In this document: in pieces, positions 38,987 through 48,895 of the stretch
Layout: each line of letters starts with the position of its first letter
How positions within the stretch are numbered: position 1 is the first letter of the stretch
Source: Gracilinanus agilis
Lineage: Eukaryota
Direction of reading: 5' to 3'
Assembly: GCF_016433145.1 (NCBI RefSeq)
Contig: NC_058130.1
Coordinates: 59,083,798 to 59,147,797, forward strand
DNA: 64,000 bases
Program-made: the position numbers and the translations under genes
Notes under the pieces: generated by a model
Seen by the model: only the letters and a program-made list of their open reading frames with translations
What the model was told of the DNA's origin: nothing
Databases searched by the model: none

Positions 38987-40059
38987 TTTAGTTAAGTTTT
39001 AAGGAATATGACACAGTAAGAGGGAGGCAGCAAGAAGAGTTCCTCTTCTCTGCTTTTTCACTTTCCTAGAAAATACCCCACTATCCCTGGAGAAAATCTC
39101 ATTTTGTCCTGCTGTTGACTCCGAGTGATATCTACACCAATCTAAGGTGATGCTGATTTACAATGTCAAGAGTCTTTTAAGGGTTCTCATGACTTCAGAA
39201 TCCAGAGGATCAATCAGGGTCTGAGAGACGGGTGGTATTTCACCATTCTGCTGTCTATGGAAACTCACTTCCTGGACCATTAAGACAGCTCACGTTGACA
39301 CAGCAGTCAGCAACTCTGAAGGCCGCAGGCTACTCACTTGCTGATGATGCTCATGCTGGTGTGTCCGCCCTACTTACTCCAATGATGAATAATTCAACAT
39401 TGATATAGAGCAGTGATGTTACATGTCGGAGGAGCCCCAAAGAGCATTAATAAGTAATAATGATACCAATTTGACGTTGGAGCTCAGGATGCCCAGTGAA
39501 TGGTGCAATGGAAAGGAGGATGGACTGAGAGGGAGAGGGCCTGAGTTCGAGGACCTGGTTTCAAGTCTCTTGGATCTGCCATGTAAACCTGTGAGATCTT
39601 GGGTAAATCCCTTACCTTCTCTGGGACTCAGTTTCCTCCTCATCTAGTCAAAAGAGTGTGAACTAGACAATCTCTAACATCTATTCTAGCTCTGATTTTA
39701 AGATCTATGATTTTCCCAACATTAATTTATTCTTCTAACACAATTGGCATATTTAGTTCAATCAGTTAAATGATTCTTTCAATACCATTGGCATATTTAG
39801 TTCCACCAATCAATCAATATTTATTAAGTGCCTATTTTGTGCCAGGCACTTGCTAAGTAAGCATTGTCTATACAACTTTAACTTTAAAATGCAAATACAA
39901 TTGTAGCATTCCCCACCAACAATCCAAGCCAAGGGCTATTCTTCCAACTCATGCTCACAGGTTGGGGTCCCTGGAGAGTTGGTTGACATCCGCATTTTAA
40001 AAGTAACCCTCCAGGGCTCTAACATTGAGTGCCTGAATCCCAATAGGGTTCCCATCATA

Positions 40060-40600
40060 GAAAAGGTATTTCTAACTTGTGATTGATGGAGTGTGTAGGG
40101 AGGACTCATCCCCCTTTGGTGTCTCTCTTTCACCTAACTCTCACCTTTGACTCCAAGAATCTGTAGCACACGCAGCAGCCATACCCCTCATTAAACTATT
40201 TTGGCAAGTGGGCTAAACCAGTTGAGGGTAACTAAAAGGCCTCAAATTCATTGGTGACTTAGGCAGATGTTTACTCTACACATATGAAGACTTCCTTTCG
40301 TGCAATGGGCAGACATGAACATTTTGTTCCAATAGTCAAGAAGGCAACTGAAGCAAACCTGTGGAGTGCTAAGAGCCTGGTTAGACATCAAAAAAGTCAA
40401 GGTCATCCACTACATCTCAGGCCATCGCCAGCCAATCTGGCTTTTGCCTTGTCCCTGGACTGAAATGACTCTGAAAGAGAGAATGAGGCTGAAGACTTTG
40501 TGCAACTCTGTCTCATTTAAATATAATTCATGCTCAAGTCAAGACATCATCTTTGTGATGTCTTGGTCATTTTCATTGATCCTTTTCAAAATGAAGAATA
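40060..40600 (+). mobile_element. Marsupial RTE-type LINE 3' fragment
   Basis: ccaaggtcatccactacatctcaggccatcgccag...gactttgtgcaactctg...caagtcaagacatca. Resembles the recalled marsupial RTE 3' end; the (aca)-like tail resumes after the SINE1 insertion. Confidence 0.6.
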
Positions 40601-40793
40601 AAGGGGAGCCAGGTGGCTCAGTGGATTGAGAGCCAAGCTTAGAGAAGGGAGGTCCTAGGTTCAAATCTGGCCTCAGACACCTTCTAGCTATGTGACCTTG
40701 GGCAAGTCACTTAACCTCCATTGCCTATCCCTGACCACTCTTTTGCTTTGGAACAAATACACAGTAAGGTTTTTGTTTGTTTGTTTGTTTTTT
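40601..40793 (+). mobile_element. SINE1_Mdo-like inserted in the RTE tail
   Basis: ggggagccaggtggctcagtggattgagagcc.... Flanks aatgaagaataaa/aatgaaggatgaa. Confidence 0.88.
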
Positions 40794-41660
40794 AATGAAG
40801 GATGAACTACAATTTACTCAGAAGATAATTTTAGATCAGTTGGTATAAAATGCCCCTTCCTAGACAAGAGTATTCTCCCTTTGAACACACAAAATCATTG
40901 GCGAGAGTGAACCCACACTCTGAGAAAAATGATAGTGAGGCATATGAACAATGAACACATGAGGAAAAGAGTCTCCTTGGTTCTCAGACATTCTCTTCTT
41001 CCTTCATTGAATCCTTATGAGGTTCTCTTGAAATATAGCTCTCTGCCTGGAGGAGTCCTTATCTAAGCACCTCTCTTGGGCATATGCATTTGTCTGGGTT
41101 TGTCCTAGGTGGGTCTTTCCCTGCTTCCAATTGGATGATTTGTCTTCTAAGGATACAGTCTCTCTCTCATACTATAGTCAATGGGGGAAAGGAGGGACGG
41201 AGGAAAGAGGGAAGCTCCTTCCCTCTCCTAAAGAGCAATTCTTTCTCAAGGGCCTAACTAAAGTCTTCTATTGACTGGTCTGCTGGCTGGCTGCTGAAAT
41301 TCCTCCAGCTATTTAAAGCTCTCCAGAGTCATGGTTAGTTTGTGAGGCTACCCAGTCAAGCTGTTTCTTCTTTGAGTTGTACCTCCTATTGCAATGACAG
41401 GGTGTAAACTCATTTAAATGGTTGACATACATAAAGTTTCATCATGTGCAGCCACCCTTACATTTAATACCTTGTGATTTACATTAATATTACAAGGTGG
41501 GAGAGAAAAATCCCTCCCCTTACACAGAGAGAAAATATAAATATAAAAATGAGGTCCTTGCTTTCAAGGAGTTTATGTTGTGCAATTCTATATTCTAATT
41601 CCACTGAGATTTTCTATATGCATATATATGTGTATGTATATATATATGTATATATAGTTT

Positions 41661-41892
41661 GGGGCAACTAGGTGGCTCAATGGATAGAACATGGAATCAA
41701 GACTCATCTTCGCGAGTTCAAATCTGGTTTCAAACACTAGCTGTGTGACCTTGTACCTTCTTGCCTCAGTTTCCTCATCTGTAAAATAAACTGGAGAAGG
41801 AAATGACAAACCACTCCCAGTATCTTTGCAAAAAACAAACAAACTCCAAATGTGGTCACAAAGTGTTGGACATAACTAAACAATAACAATAA
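41661..41892 (+). mobile_element. MAR1-type SINE
   Basis: ggggcaactaggtggc...ctggagaaggaaatgacaaaccactcccagtatctttgc...(aca)n tail. Confidence 0.88.
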
Positions 41893-43339
41893 CGGCCAGT
41901 TTATACTATTGGCAGAGCCTGTGGGAAATTACTGTGACTAGAACAATGCTTTGCACAGAGTAAGTGCTTAGTAACTACTTTCTGAATGGAACTAGGTATG
42001 TTATGTATGGTATAATGGGAAAAATGCTTGATTGGGAATCAGATGACCTGAGTTTAAATCCTGAATTTGTCACTTATTACCTGTGTGACCCTGCAGACAT
42101 CATTTAACCTCTCTGGACTTGGTCTTCTCTAAAGTACTTTCTTGCTTATTATCCTATGAACCAAAAGTCTGTTCCTCAGGCTCTGAAATCCTTTACTTCA
42201 CTTTCAAATCCAATGAACACAATCTAATTATTTAAATACCTACTTTGTGTAAGATACTATGCTAGGGGCTAGTGCTACAAGGCTAGAATGGGAAATATAG
42301 TCCCTGTTTAAGGAATTTCTATTCTAACTAGTTGGATGTGGAGGGAGGATATAATATTTACATAGATGATATGTACATGAACTTGTGAAAGCAAAGGCTT
42401 CCTATAAGAAACGGCACCTGAACTGAGGCTGAGATTCTAAGAGACAGTTGGAGTAAATTACAAGCTAGGGGACAACTGGTGTAAGTATTTACTTTATCAC
42501 ATTGCCTACAATTCCACTATTAGAGATTCACTTTAGTTTACTGAGAACTCTCTTTATGTGACCTGCAGGGTACTTAAAAGAGTCCTGGCTTTAGGATTAA
42601 AGGACCTATTTTTAAGTCCTGCCTCATTTTCTTACTTCTTGTACAACCCAGAGAAATACATGTCACCTTTCTAGAACTTAATTTCCTCATCTATAAAATG
42701 GAAATAATGATGGCACCTATCTCACTGAGTTATTATTGTGAGGTTCGAATATGATTATTTGTGTAAAATGTTTTGCAAACCTTATATATAAATGCTAACT
42801 TCTTACTTCTGGTGGAACCTTGAATAAGTCAAAACTTCCCTGGGACTCAATTTTCATTTTCATAAAATAATTGGATTAGACAGTGGGTGAGATGCTTTTC
42901 AGCTCTAGAGCAACGATGCTAAATTAATAAACTATGAACAGTACTTTATATTTGTGTAGAACTTTAAAGTTTTCAAATCATATTTATACATAGTAGATAA
43001 TACATAGTTGTTGAATGAGTGCATGCATTCATTATTTTCTTTAGTTCTCATATGTGACAGATAGATATTATCTTCCTATTTCGATCTTCTATCTTTTCTT
43101 ATTCTCTGATTTGGATCCTGCTAGTTATAAACATGCCCAGATCTCTCTATTCCTAAAAAACCTCTAGCTGACTTGAATCCCTTTCACATGCACTCTCCAA
43201 CATTAAAATCAAGCAATTGTTCTTTAGATCCTTTTCTTTTACAATTAAATTGCTTGAAAAATCTGTCTAGTTCATTGCCTCTGCTTTCTTCTTTTTAAAA
43301 TAACACTTTGCTTTTTTCAATTAACAAGCAATCATTTTC

Positions 43340-43850
43340 TCTTTTTCAAGAGCCCAAATCCTTGCAACAAATATGGAGAGCCCAGCAAAATAAATTTCTC
43401 CCATTGGTCTGTCTAAAAACTATGTCTCATTCTTCCTCTTGAGTCTGTCACCTTTTTGCCAGCATGCTCCATCAAACTTCTGGAATCTTGGTTGGTAATT
43501 GCATTGCTCAAAGTTCCTAAGCTTTTCAAAGTTGTTTGCCTTTATAATAGTGTTGTTATGGTGTACATTTTTCTGGTTCTTCTTACTTTGCTCTGCATCA
43601 GCTCTTACAAGCCTTCCCAAGTTTCTTTGAAACCAACCTTTTTATCATTCTCCATGCTATGATAGTATTCTATTATATTCAGATCCCATAATTTGTTCAC
43701 TCATTCCACCAACTGAGTACCCTTTAAGTTTCCAGTTTTTTTGCCATTACGAAAAGAACTGCAGCAAATATTTTTGTATACAGTATATACTAGGTTTAGG
43801 CCTAGTAGTGTTACTGCTGAGTCAAAGAGTATGAACAGTTTAGTGATATT
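43340..43850 (-). mobile_element. Marsupial L1 3' fragment
   Basis: ttggtaattgcattg, ctttgctctgcatcagctc, cataatttgttcactcattcc, ttttttgccattacgaaaagaactgc. Confidence 0.75.
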
Positions 43851-44286
43851 TTAACCATTGCCTCTATTTTCTTAGTTTCCATTCCTTTCTCAATTCCTTG
43901 AAATCTGGCTTCCTAACCTACCACTTAATAGATACTACTCTCTTCCAAGGTTACCAGTAATTCTTTCCCATCTAAATGACCTCACACTCTTTGACTTCTC
44001 TGGAGTTTTTGACAATAGATAGTCTCTTTTTCTAGATATTCTTAATAGTTTTCCATCTGTTGATTATTTCCTATTCATCCTATATATAGGTTGCTTTGTT
44101 TACATATCATCTTTCTCATTAGATTTTAAGCCCCCCTGATGGAGTCTTTCATCTCTTTTTTTGTATTTTCAACACATAGCACAGGGTCTGGCACATAGTA
44201 AATACTTAATAAATATTTAATGATTTTCTGGATTTATTTTCTCCTGGTTGTTCCTCTATTTGATCACTTCTCAGTTTCCTTTAATA

Positions 44287-44468
44287 CAGTGATTCCCAAA
44301 ATGGGCGCCACCGCTCCCTGCAGCAATCCAGGGGTACAGTGATGGCCACACTTTTTTTGTATTACATTCTATTCTGAGTTCAATAAATAGTTTCATAATT
44401 TCCAGGGGGTGCTAAGTAATATTTTTCTGGAAAGGGGGAGGTAGGCCAAAAAAGTTTGGGAACCACTG
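44287..44468. mobile_element. Non-autonomous hAT MITE, family B copy 3 (different central segment)
   Basis: TIRs cagtgattcccaaa / tttgggaaccactg. TSD ctttaata/ctttaatg (7 of 8). Confidence 0.9.
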
Positions 44469-44776
44469 CTTTAATGGATGATCATTCATACCTTGCCCTT
44501 AATTGTAAGTATCCCCAAAGTCTATTCTGACTCTCTTCTCTTTCCATTCTCCTTTTCATTGATTTCATTAGCTTTTATCTCTTTGCAAATGACTCATAAA
44601 TCTGAATATCTATCCCCAGGCTCTTTTTTGGACTCATTCCACCTCTCCCTCAACTGCCTTTTGGACATTTCTACTTGTATATCCCATAGACTTCTCAAAG
44701 ATGCTTAAAATAGACTTATGATCTTATTCCTTAAGCCTGCCCCTTCTCCATCATCCTTACAGTTTGCTAAATTATT

Positions 44777-44840
44777 TCTCCTCCTTCTCTTCCTCCTCCT
44801 CATTCTCTTCCTCCTCCTCCTCCTCCTCCTCCTCCTCCTT
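44777..44840. repeat. (TCC)n/(TCT)n trinucleotide repeat
   Basis: Direct reading of the sequence. Confidence 0.9.
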
Positions 44841-45749
44841 TTCCTTTCTCCACCCCCAATTTCCTGAGAACAGAGCCTTTTTCTTTTTTTGTCTGTATTC
44901 TCAGAATCTGGCACAGTACCTTGCACTTAAGGTACTTGTTGAATAAATAAATCCGCATTTTACAGATCAGAAATTGAAGGGACAAATGAGGTTGTTACCC
45001 AGGTACTTAATGACCAAATTTGATAAGGAATGCAATTCTTCTGTTTCCTAAATCAAATGTTTTCTCCCAATACCTTCCCTTCTTCCTAACACTTGAGATC
45101 AGTGGGCATTGAAAACCTGAAGGAAGTCTTAAAGAAGAGAATTTGGTGGCATGAGGCACTGCAGGGGAAGACAGGCCTAGGTGTGCTGCCACAATGGGAG
45201 GTGATGGGCAGCCAGAGGACACTGTGAGGGCATGGAGACCTTGTCAGAGGAGAAGGGGTACAGAGAGGTGAGAGAGGGATACAGAAAGGGGTAGGGGAAA
45301 CGTAAGACCCAGTAACCAAACTTTGCTGATATCTGGTCAATCAGACTTGCTGGGTAATAGGAGGGACTCCAAGCACAAAGGGTCAGAGGCTAGGTCTGTT
45401 GTTCCGAAAATGGGCATAGTTATTCAGGCAAAGGACAGAATTATCTGGATAGAATTGTCATCCATTTGCATTTGACTGCGTAACAGGGTACTGACTCCAG
45501 ATATTTCATGTTCCTGTCCCACCGTTCTGGCAGTCGGGGTGGGAATAATAGTCTTTTTACTTGGACTCTGTTCTCAAAGACCCTTTCTCATCCAACTCAG
45601 AAGTACCTGTCTAGGTCCTGCCTTTGAGCTGCTTCCAGTCTTGCGGGGGCGGGGGAGAGGATGGAAGAAATCTTAGTTGGACTTGGGCAACTTCCTATTA
45701 CCCAGATCCTAAGGAGAGTGCCCTCTCTCTAAGTTCTTAATTGCTTAGA

Positions 45750-45975
45750 TACAAGAGAGAAGAGGGATAGAGACAGAAGAAGGAAAGGGAAAGCGAGGGA
45801 GAGCGAGAGGAAGGAAAGATTAGAGAGAGGGAGGAAAAAACGAGAGGAGAGGAAGAAGGGGAAGGACAGAAGAGGGAGGAGGGAGCTGGCGAGCAAATGA
45901 GACAGAGACAGAAACACAGCAAAGCAGACAGAGCGACAGCCAGCCAGAGACGGGGAGAGGGGGAGAAAAAGAGAT
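45750..45975 (+). repeat. Polypurine (GA-rich) tract upstream of the CpG island
   Basis: The + strand is almost entirely A/G. Confidence 0.85.
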
Positions 45976-46521
45976 TTTCCCCCTCAGAGGAGGACTGTAC
46001 TACTCTCGCGATCTCCCCAGTCGGGCTCTCGTCGCCCCACTGCCCAGTCAAGGGCCGCGGGGTTTGGGGCTTCGAGCTCCCCCGCCCACGCTGAGCGTCG
46101 CAGCGCACCCTGGGCGCTGCATCTCTGCCCCCGGGACTCCCTTGTGAGGCCGGAGGGGGAGAGCGAGCTCCCCCATCCCTGGCGCCCCCCTCGGCTCTCT
46201 TGCTACTTAGTACGGTCCCCACCCCACGCGGGCACCGCAGCTCCTGTGGCTCACTCCAGACCCGGGAGAGACACTCGGTTCGGAGCCCCCAAGTCCAGTG
46301 AAGCCCCAGCTAGCGGTTCCGACGTCAGAGGCGAAGGCAGCCGGCCGCTGGGGCTAGCGCCTTCTCCCTGGCCACCCCTTTTCCTTCTTCGACCTGCCGT
46401 GCCCTGCCCTGCCGTGCCCTGCCCAGTCTCGGGTGCCCGCCTCCCTCCCTTGTCTCTCCTTACGCCCTCTTGCCTCTTTCCCTGCCGTCTCCTCTTTTTG
46501 GCCCCTTCGGCCCCGGCCCTC

Positions 46522-46560
46522 ATGGAGGAGCCCGGTGCCCACCCATGTCCAGCCTGGTAG
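46522..46560 (+). other. Candidate upstream ORF (MEEPGAHPCPAW*, 12 aa)
   Basis: ctcATGG...TAG, out of frame with and 96 nt upstream of the GRIP2 ATG. Relevant only if the TSS lies upstream of 46522. Confidence 0.4.
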
Positions 46561-46655
46561 GTGGCGGGCTGCCCGCGCCGCATCCCCAGCGCTGTCCAGC
46601 CGCGTGGGGGGGGCTCCGTCCTGCGCAGCAGCCCCAGCGCTGCTCCTGCGCCGGG

Positions 46656-46710
46656 ATGCCAGGCTGGAGGAAGAACCTTGCCTTGTGCCTGCAGCGGATG
46701 CAGGATGAAG
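46656..46710 (+). CDS. GRIP2: GRIP2/ABP alternative first coding exon encoding the palmitoylated N-terminus (pABP-L type)
   Basis: Encodes MPGWRKNLALCLQRMQDE plus 1 nt, with Cys at position 11, then a strong AAG|GTAAGC donor. As recalled, rat pABP-L begins MRGWRRNLALCLQRLPDE and the paralogous GRIP1b begins MPGWKKNIPICLQAEEQER. NLALCLQR..DE favours GRIP2. Confidence 0.85.
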
Positions 46711-48724
46711 GTAAGCCGCGGCCGACTTGGGGTGCAAGGGGGAGGAGCCGAGGTGGGGAGCAGAGCTCGGGCCTGGGGTCCAGGAGGGCTAGGGGACTCT
46801 GGGGCTGGGGCCGGGGTACAAGCTTCTAGGACTGAGTCCGTGCAGCGGCAGCACAGACGAGAGTGGGGGACGCATGTCCAGCTCTGCGTCTCGGGGTCCT
46901 CCTTCCTGGGGAGCTCGGGTCCCCCCCTCTCCATAGACCTGCTGTCTGGGAGGAGGCAAGCGGGGCGCTTGTCCTGTTTTCTTGAGAGTCGGGCTAGCGT
47001 GCGATCTCCGTCTGATGGGAAGAGCAACGTCTCTTCAGCCCTGGGGCGCGTGGGGATCCAGGGGCAGTGGTGCGGGGGAACAGGTTCGGAAATCTTGGCT
47101 GTAGAGGACCGGAATCTAGCTCGGAGATCTCAAAGTGGGAAGAAGAGATGGAGGGAATACTGTCTGCAGGGAGAGTTGGGAGGGGGTCTCTCTCAGAGGG
47201 GGGTGCTCTCATTCTCACAGACCCAACTTTCTGGAAGCTCGCGTCAGTTTGCCCTGGTGGTGGTCCCCTTCTCCCGGGGTGGAAGGCTGGCATGCATTTC
47301 TGCTATTTTGAGGTGTGTGTGTGTGTTGGTGTTTGACCGATTCTGGGGGCCCTTCAAGGCAAAGAGGCCGCCTCGATTTTACCTTGCCTTGCCTTATCCG
47401 GGGCTCTTGCCGTCTGGCCCAACAGACTGGCAGTTCGTGAAAGTTGCAGGGAAAATGCTTCTTCCAAACAGGAAGGATACAACGGAAACGCAGTGTGGTC
47501 TTGGGGGGCTGGCTAGCGAAGGACTTCTCATCGGGGTGCCCACACCTTTCCCCTCTGCGTCCGTCCCCCGTTCCCCCTCCCCCACGGCCTCCCCCAGGCC
47601 GCAGTGCTGCAGTGCCTCCTGCCAGCCTGGGCTAAGCTGAGCTGTGATGTGCGAAATGGTCTGCCTAAACTTGAGGGCTTTCTGAACCCCACCCCCCCCA
47701 GGACCTGTTGTTCATCCTGCCCCCTGGGCGGCCAGCCTGCCTTCCTAGAAGAGGGTCAGGGCATCAGTTCCTCTAGGTGAGGCAGCAGAAGCCAACTTCT
47801 TTCCCCCAGATTGCCCAGGCTCAGCTCCTCGTTTGCCAGGTTAGGGACCCTGAACCACAACTCTATGCCTGAAAGTTTTCAATTAAAAGGGAATACAGCC
47901 TTTGCCCTAAAACACAAAGCTTTTAGGGGAGGAGGTTCACCCCCTTTCGGAGCTCTTCTAAACCCCAGACCAGACTTAGCCTCCCAAAACTCTTGTAGGG
48001 GAACTTAGTCTAGTCATGATGGTGGCTGACAACTTGGGGAAGGGGATTGACCTGTCCTGGGAATGAACAGGTTAACATTAGTGGGGCTGATTCATTCATG
48101 ACCATATAAGAGGCTCCAGGCAGAAGTCTCACCTCCCCCCCCCCCCCCCATTTCAAACTAGGACAATGGAGGGAGCCTCCAAGCCAGGCAAATGACAGTC
48201 TGTGGCTGGATAAGAGGCCTGTGTGACTATAATAGGATTACAGATCTCTCTGCAGGTCCTGCTATGCTCCCTGAGAAACTTTTCAGATCTCTTTTTAGAA
48301 AAGAGCAAGTGAAGCAGTGAATGAGGAGGTGGCTAGAAGGAGAAACCTGTTTTAGTCTGGCATGGCTGCTGTTCCCATTGTTGTGTCTGGTTACTGTGGT
48401 CAGGTCACTTTGGTCCAGTTCTGCTACAAGGAACTTCTCCCACTGATGTCTCCAGCTGCTGCTCCTCTAAGATGATTGGGTGTTGCCCTTGGAACTCTGA
48501 GGACCATGATTTCCAGGAGCTGGTGTGACTAGGGGGTTGGGGGGTGGGGAGGGGATGAGTACAAGGACAAGGAACCTGAAGTGGATGATGACACAGGGAA
48601 GATGTACCGGGGGTCTGTATTAGCCCAGCTTCTTCTGAGATTGGGGGGAAAGGCTATGACCAGAGAGGAAGTAGCAGAGATGGGGAGGCATCTGGAGGAA
48701 GAGGATTCATGGAATAATCAAATT

Positions 48725-48895
48725 CTCTCTGCCCTCCTCCCTCTGTCTCTGTCTCCATCTCTCCCTTTCTCTCTGACTCTTTCTGTCTCTCTCTGTCAGT
48801 CTCTCCCTCTCCCCCTTCTATCTCCCTGTCTCTCTCTCTTTCCTTGTCCCTGTCTTTCTCTTTCCCTGCCTCTCTGACTCTATCTCACTCTCTCA
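48725..48895. repeat. CT-rich (TC/TCTG)n tract
   Basis: Direct reading of the sequence. Confidence 0.85.

Larger units (their letters stand above)
43075..44720 (+). mobile_element. Fragmented L2 LINE, interrupted by an L1 piece and a hAT MITE
   Basis: L2 ORF2/3' motifs (gaaatctggcttcc, ctcttccaaggttaccag, ccacctctccctcaactgccttttggacatttc). Confidence 0.6.
45980..47110 (+). promoter_or_regulatory. GRIP2: CpG island promoter of the GRIP2 palmitoylated isoform
   Basis: Abrupt rise in GC and CpG in an otherwise CpG-poor window; CpGs tail off to about 47640. Contains a GC box (46080-46087), an EGR site (46083-46091), a CRE-like site (46320-46327) and the coding first exon. The TSS cannot be placed from sequence. 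Confidence 0.85.

Noticed and set aside
39340-39530. C/D-box snoRNA (ATGATGA near 39382) or antisense exon donors
   Set aside because: No properly spaced D box or terminal stem. Both minus-strand donors have A at -1 and no acceptor is evident.
46554-46562. Strong-looking donor CTG|GTAGGT at 46556/57
   Set aside because: It gives phase 2 from the ATG at 46522 and phase 0 from the ATG at 46545, neither matching the phase-1 junction. It could only serve a non-coding exon.
46588-46597. REST/RE1 site in the promoter
   Set aside because: Only the right half (GGACAGCGCT on the minus strand) is present; there is no TCAGCACC half nearby.
46251-47640. Long ORFs across the CpG island (359 aa on +, 258 aa on -, and several shorter)
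   Set aside because: Stop-poor GC-rich DNA giving Pro/Gly/Arg/Ala-rich translations with no recognisable domain. They run through the clear GRIP2 splice donor.
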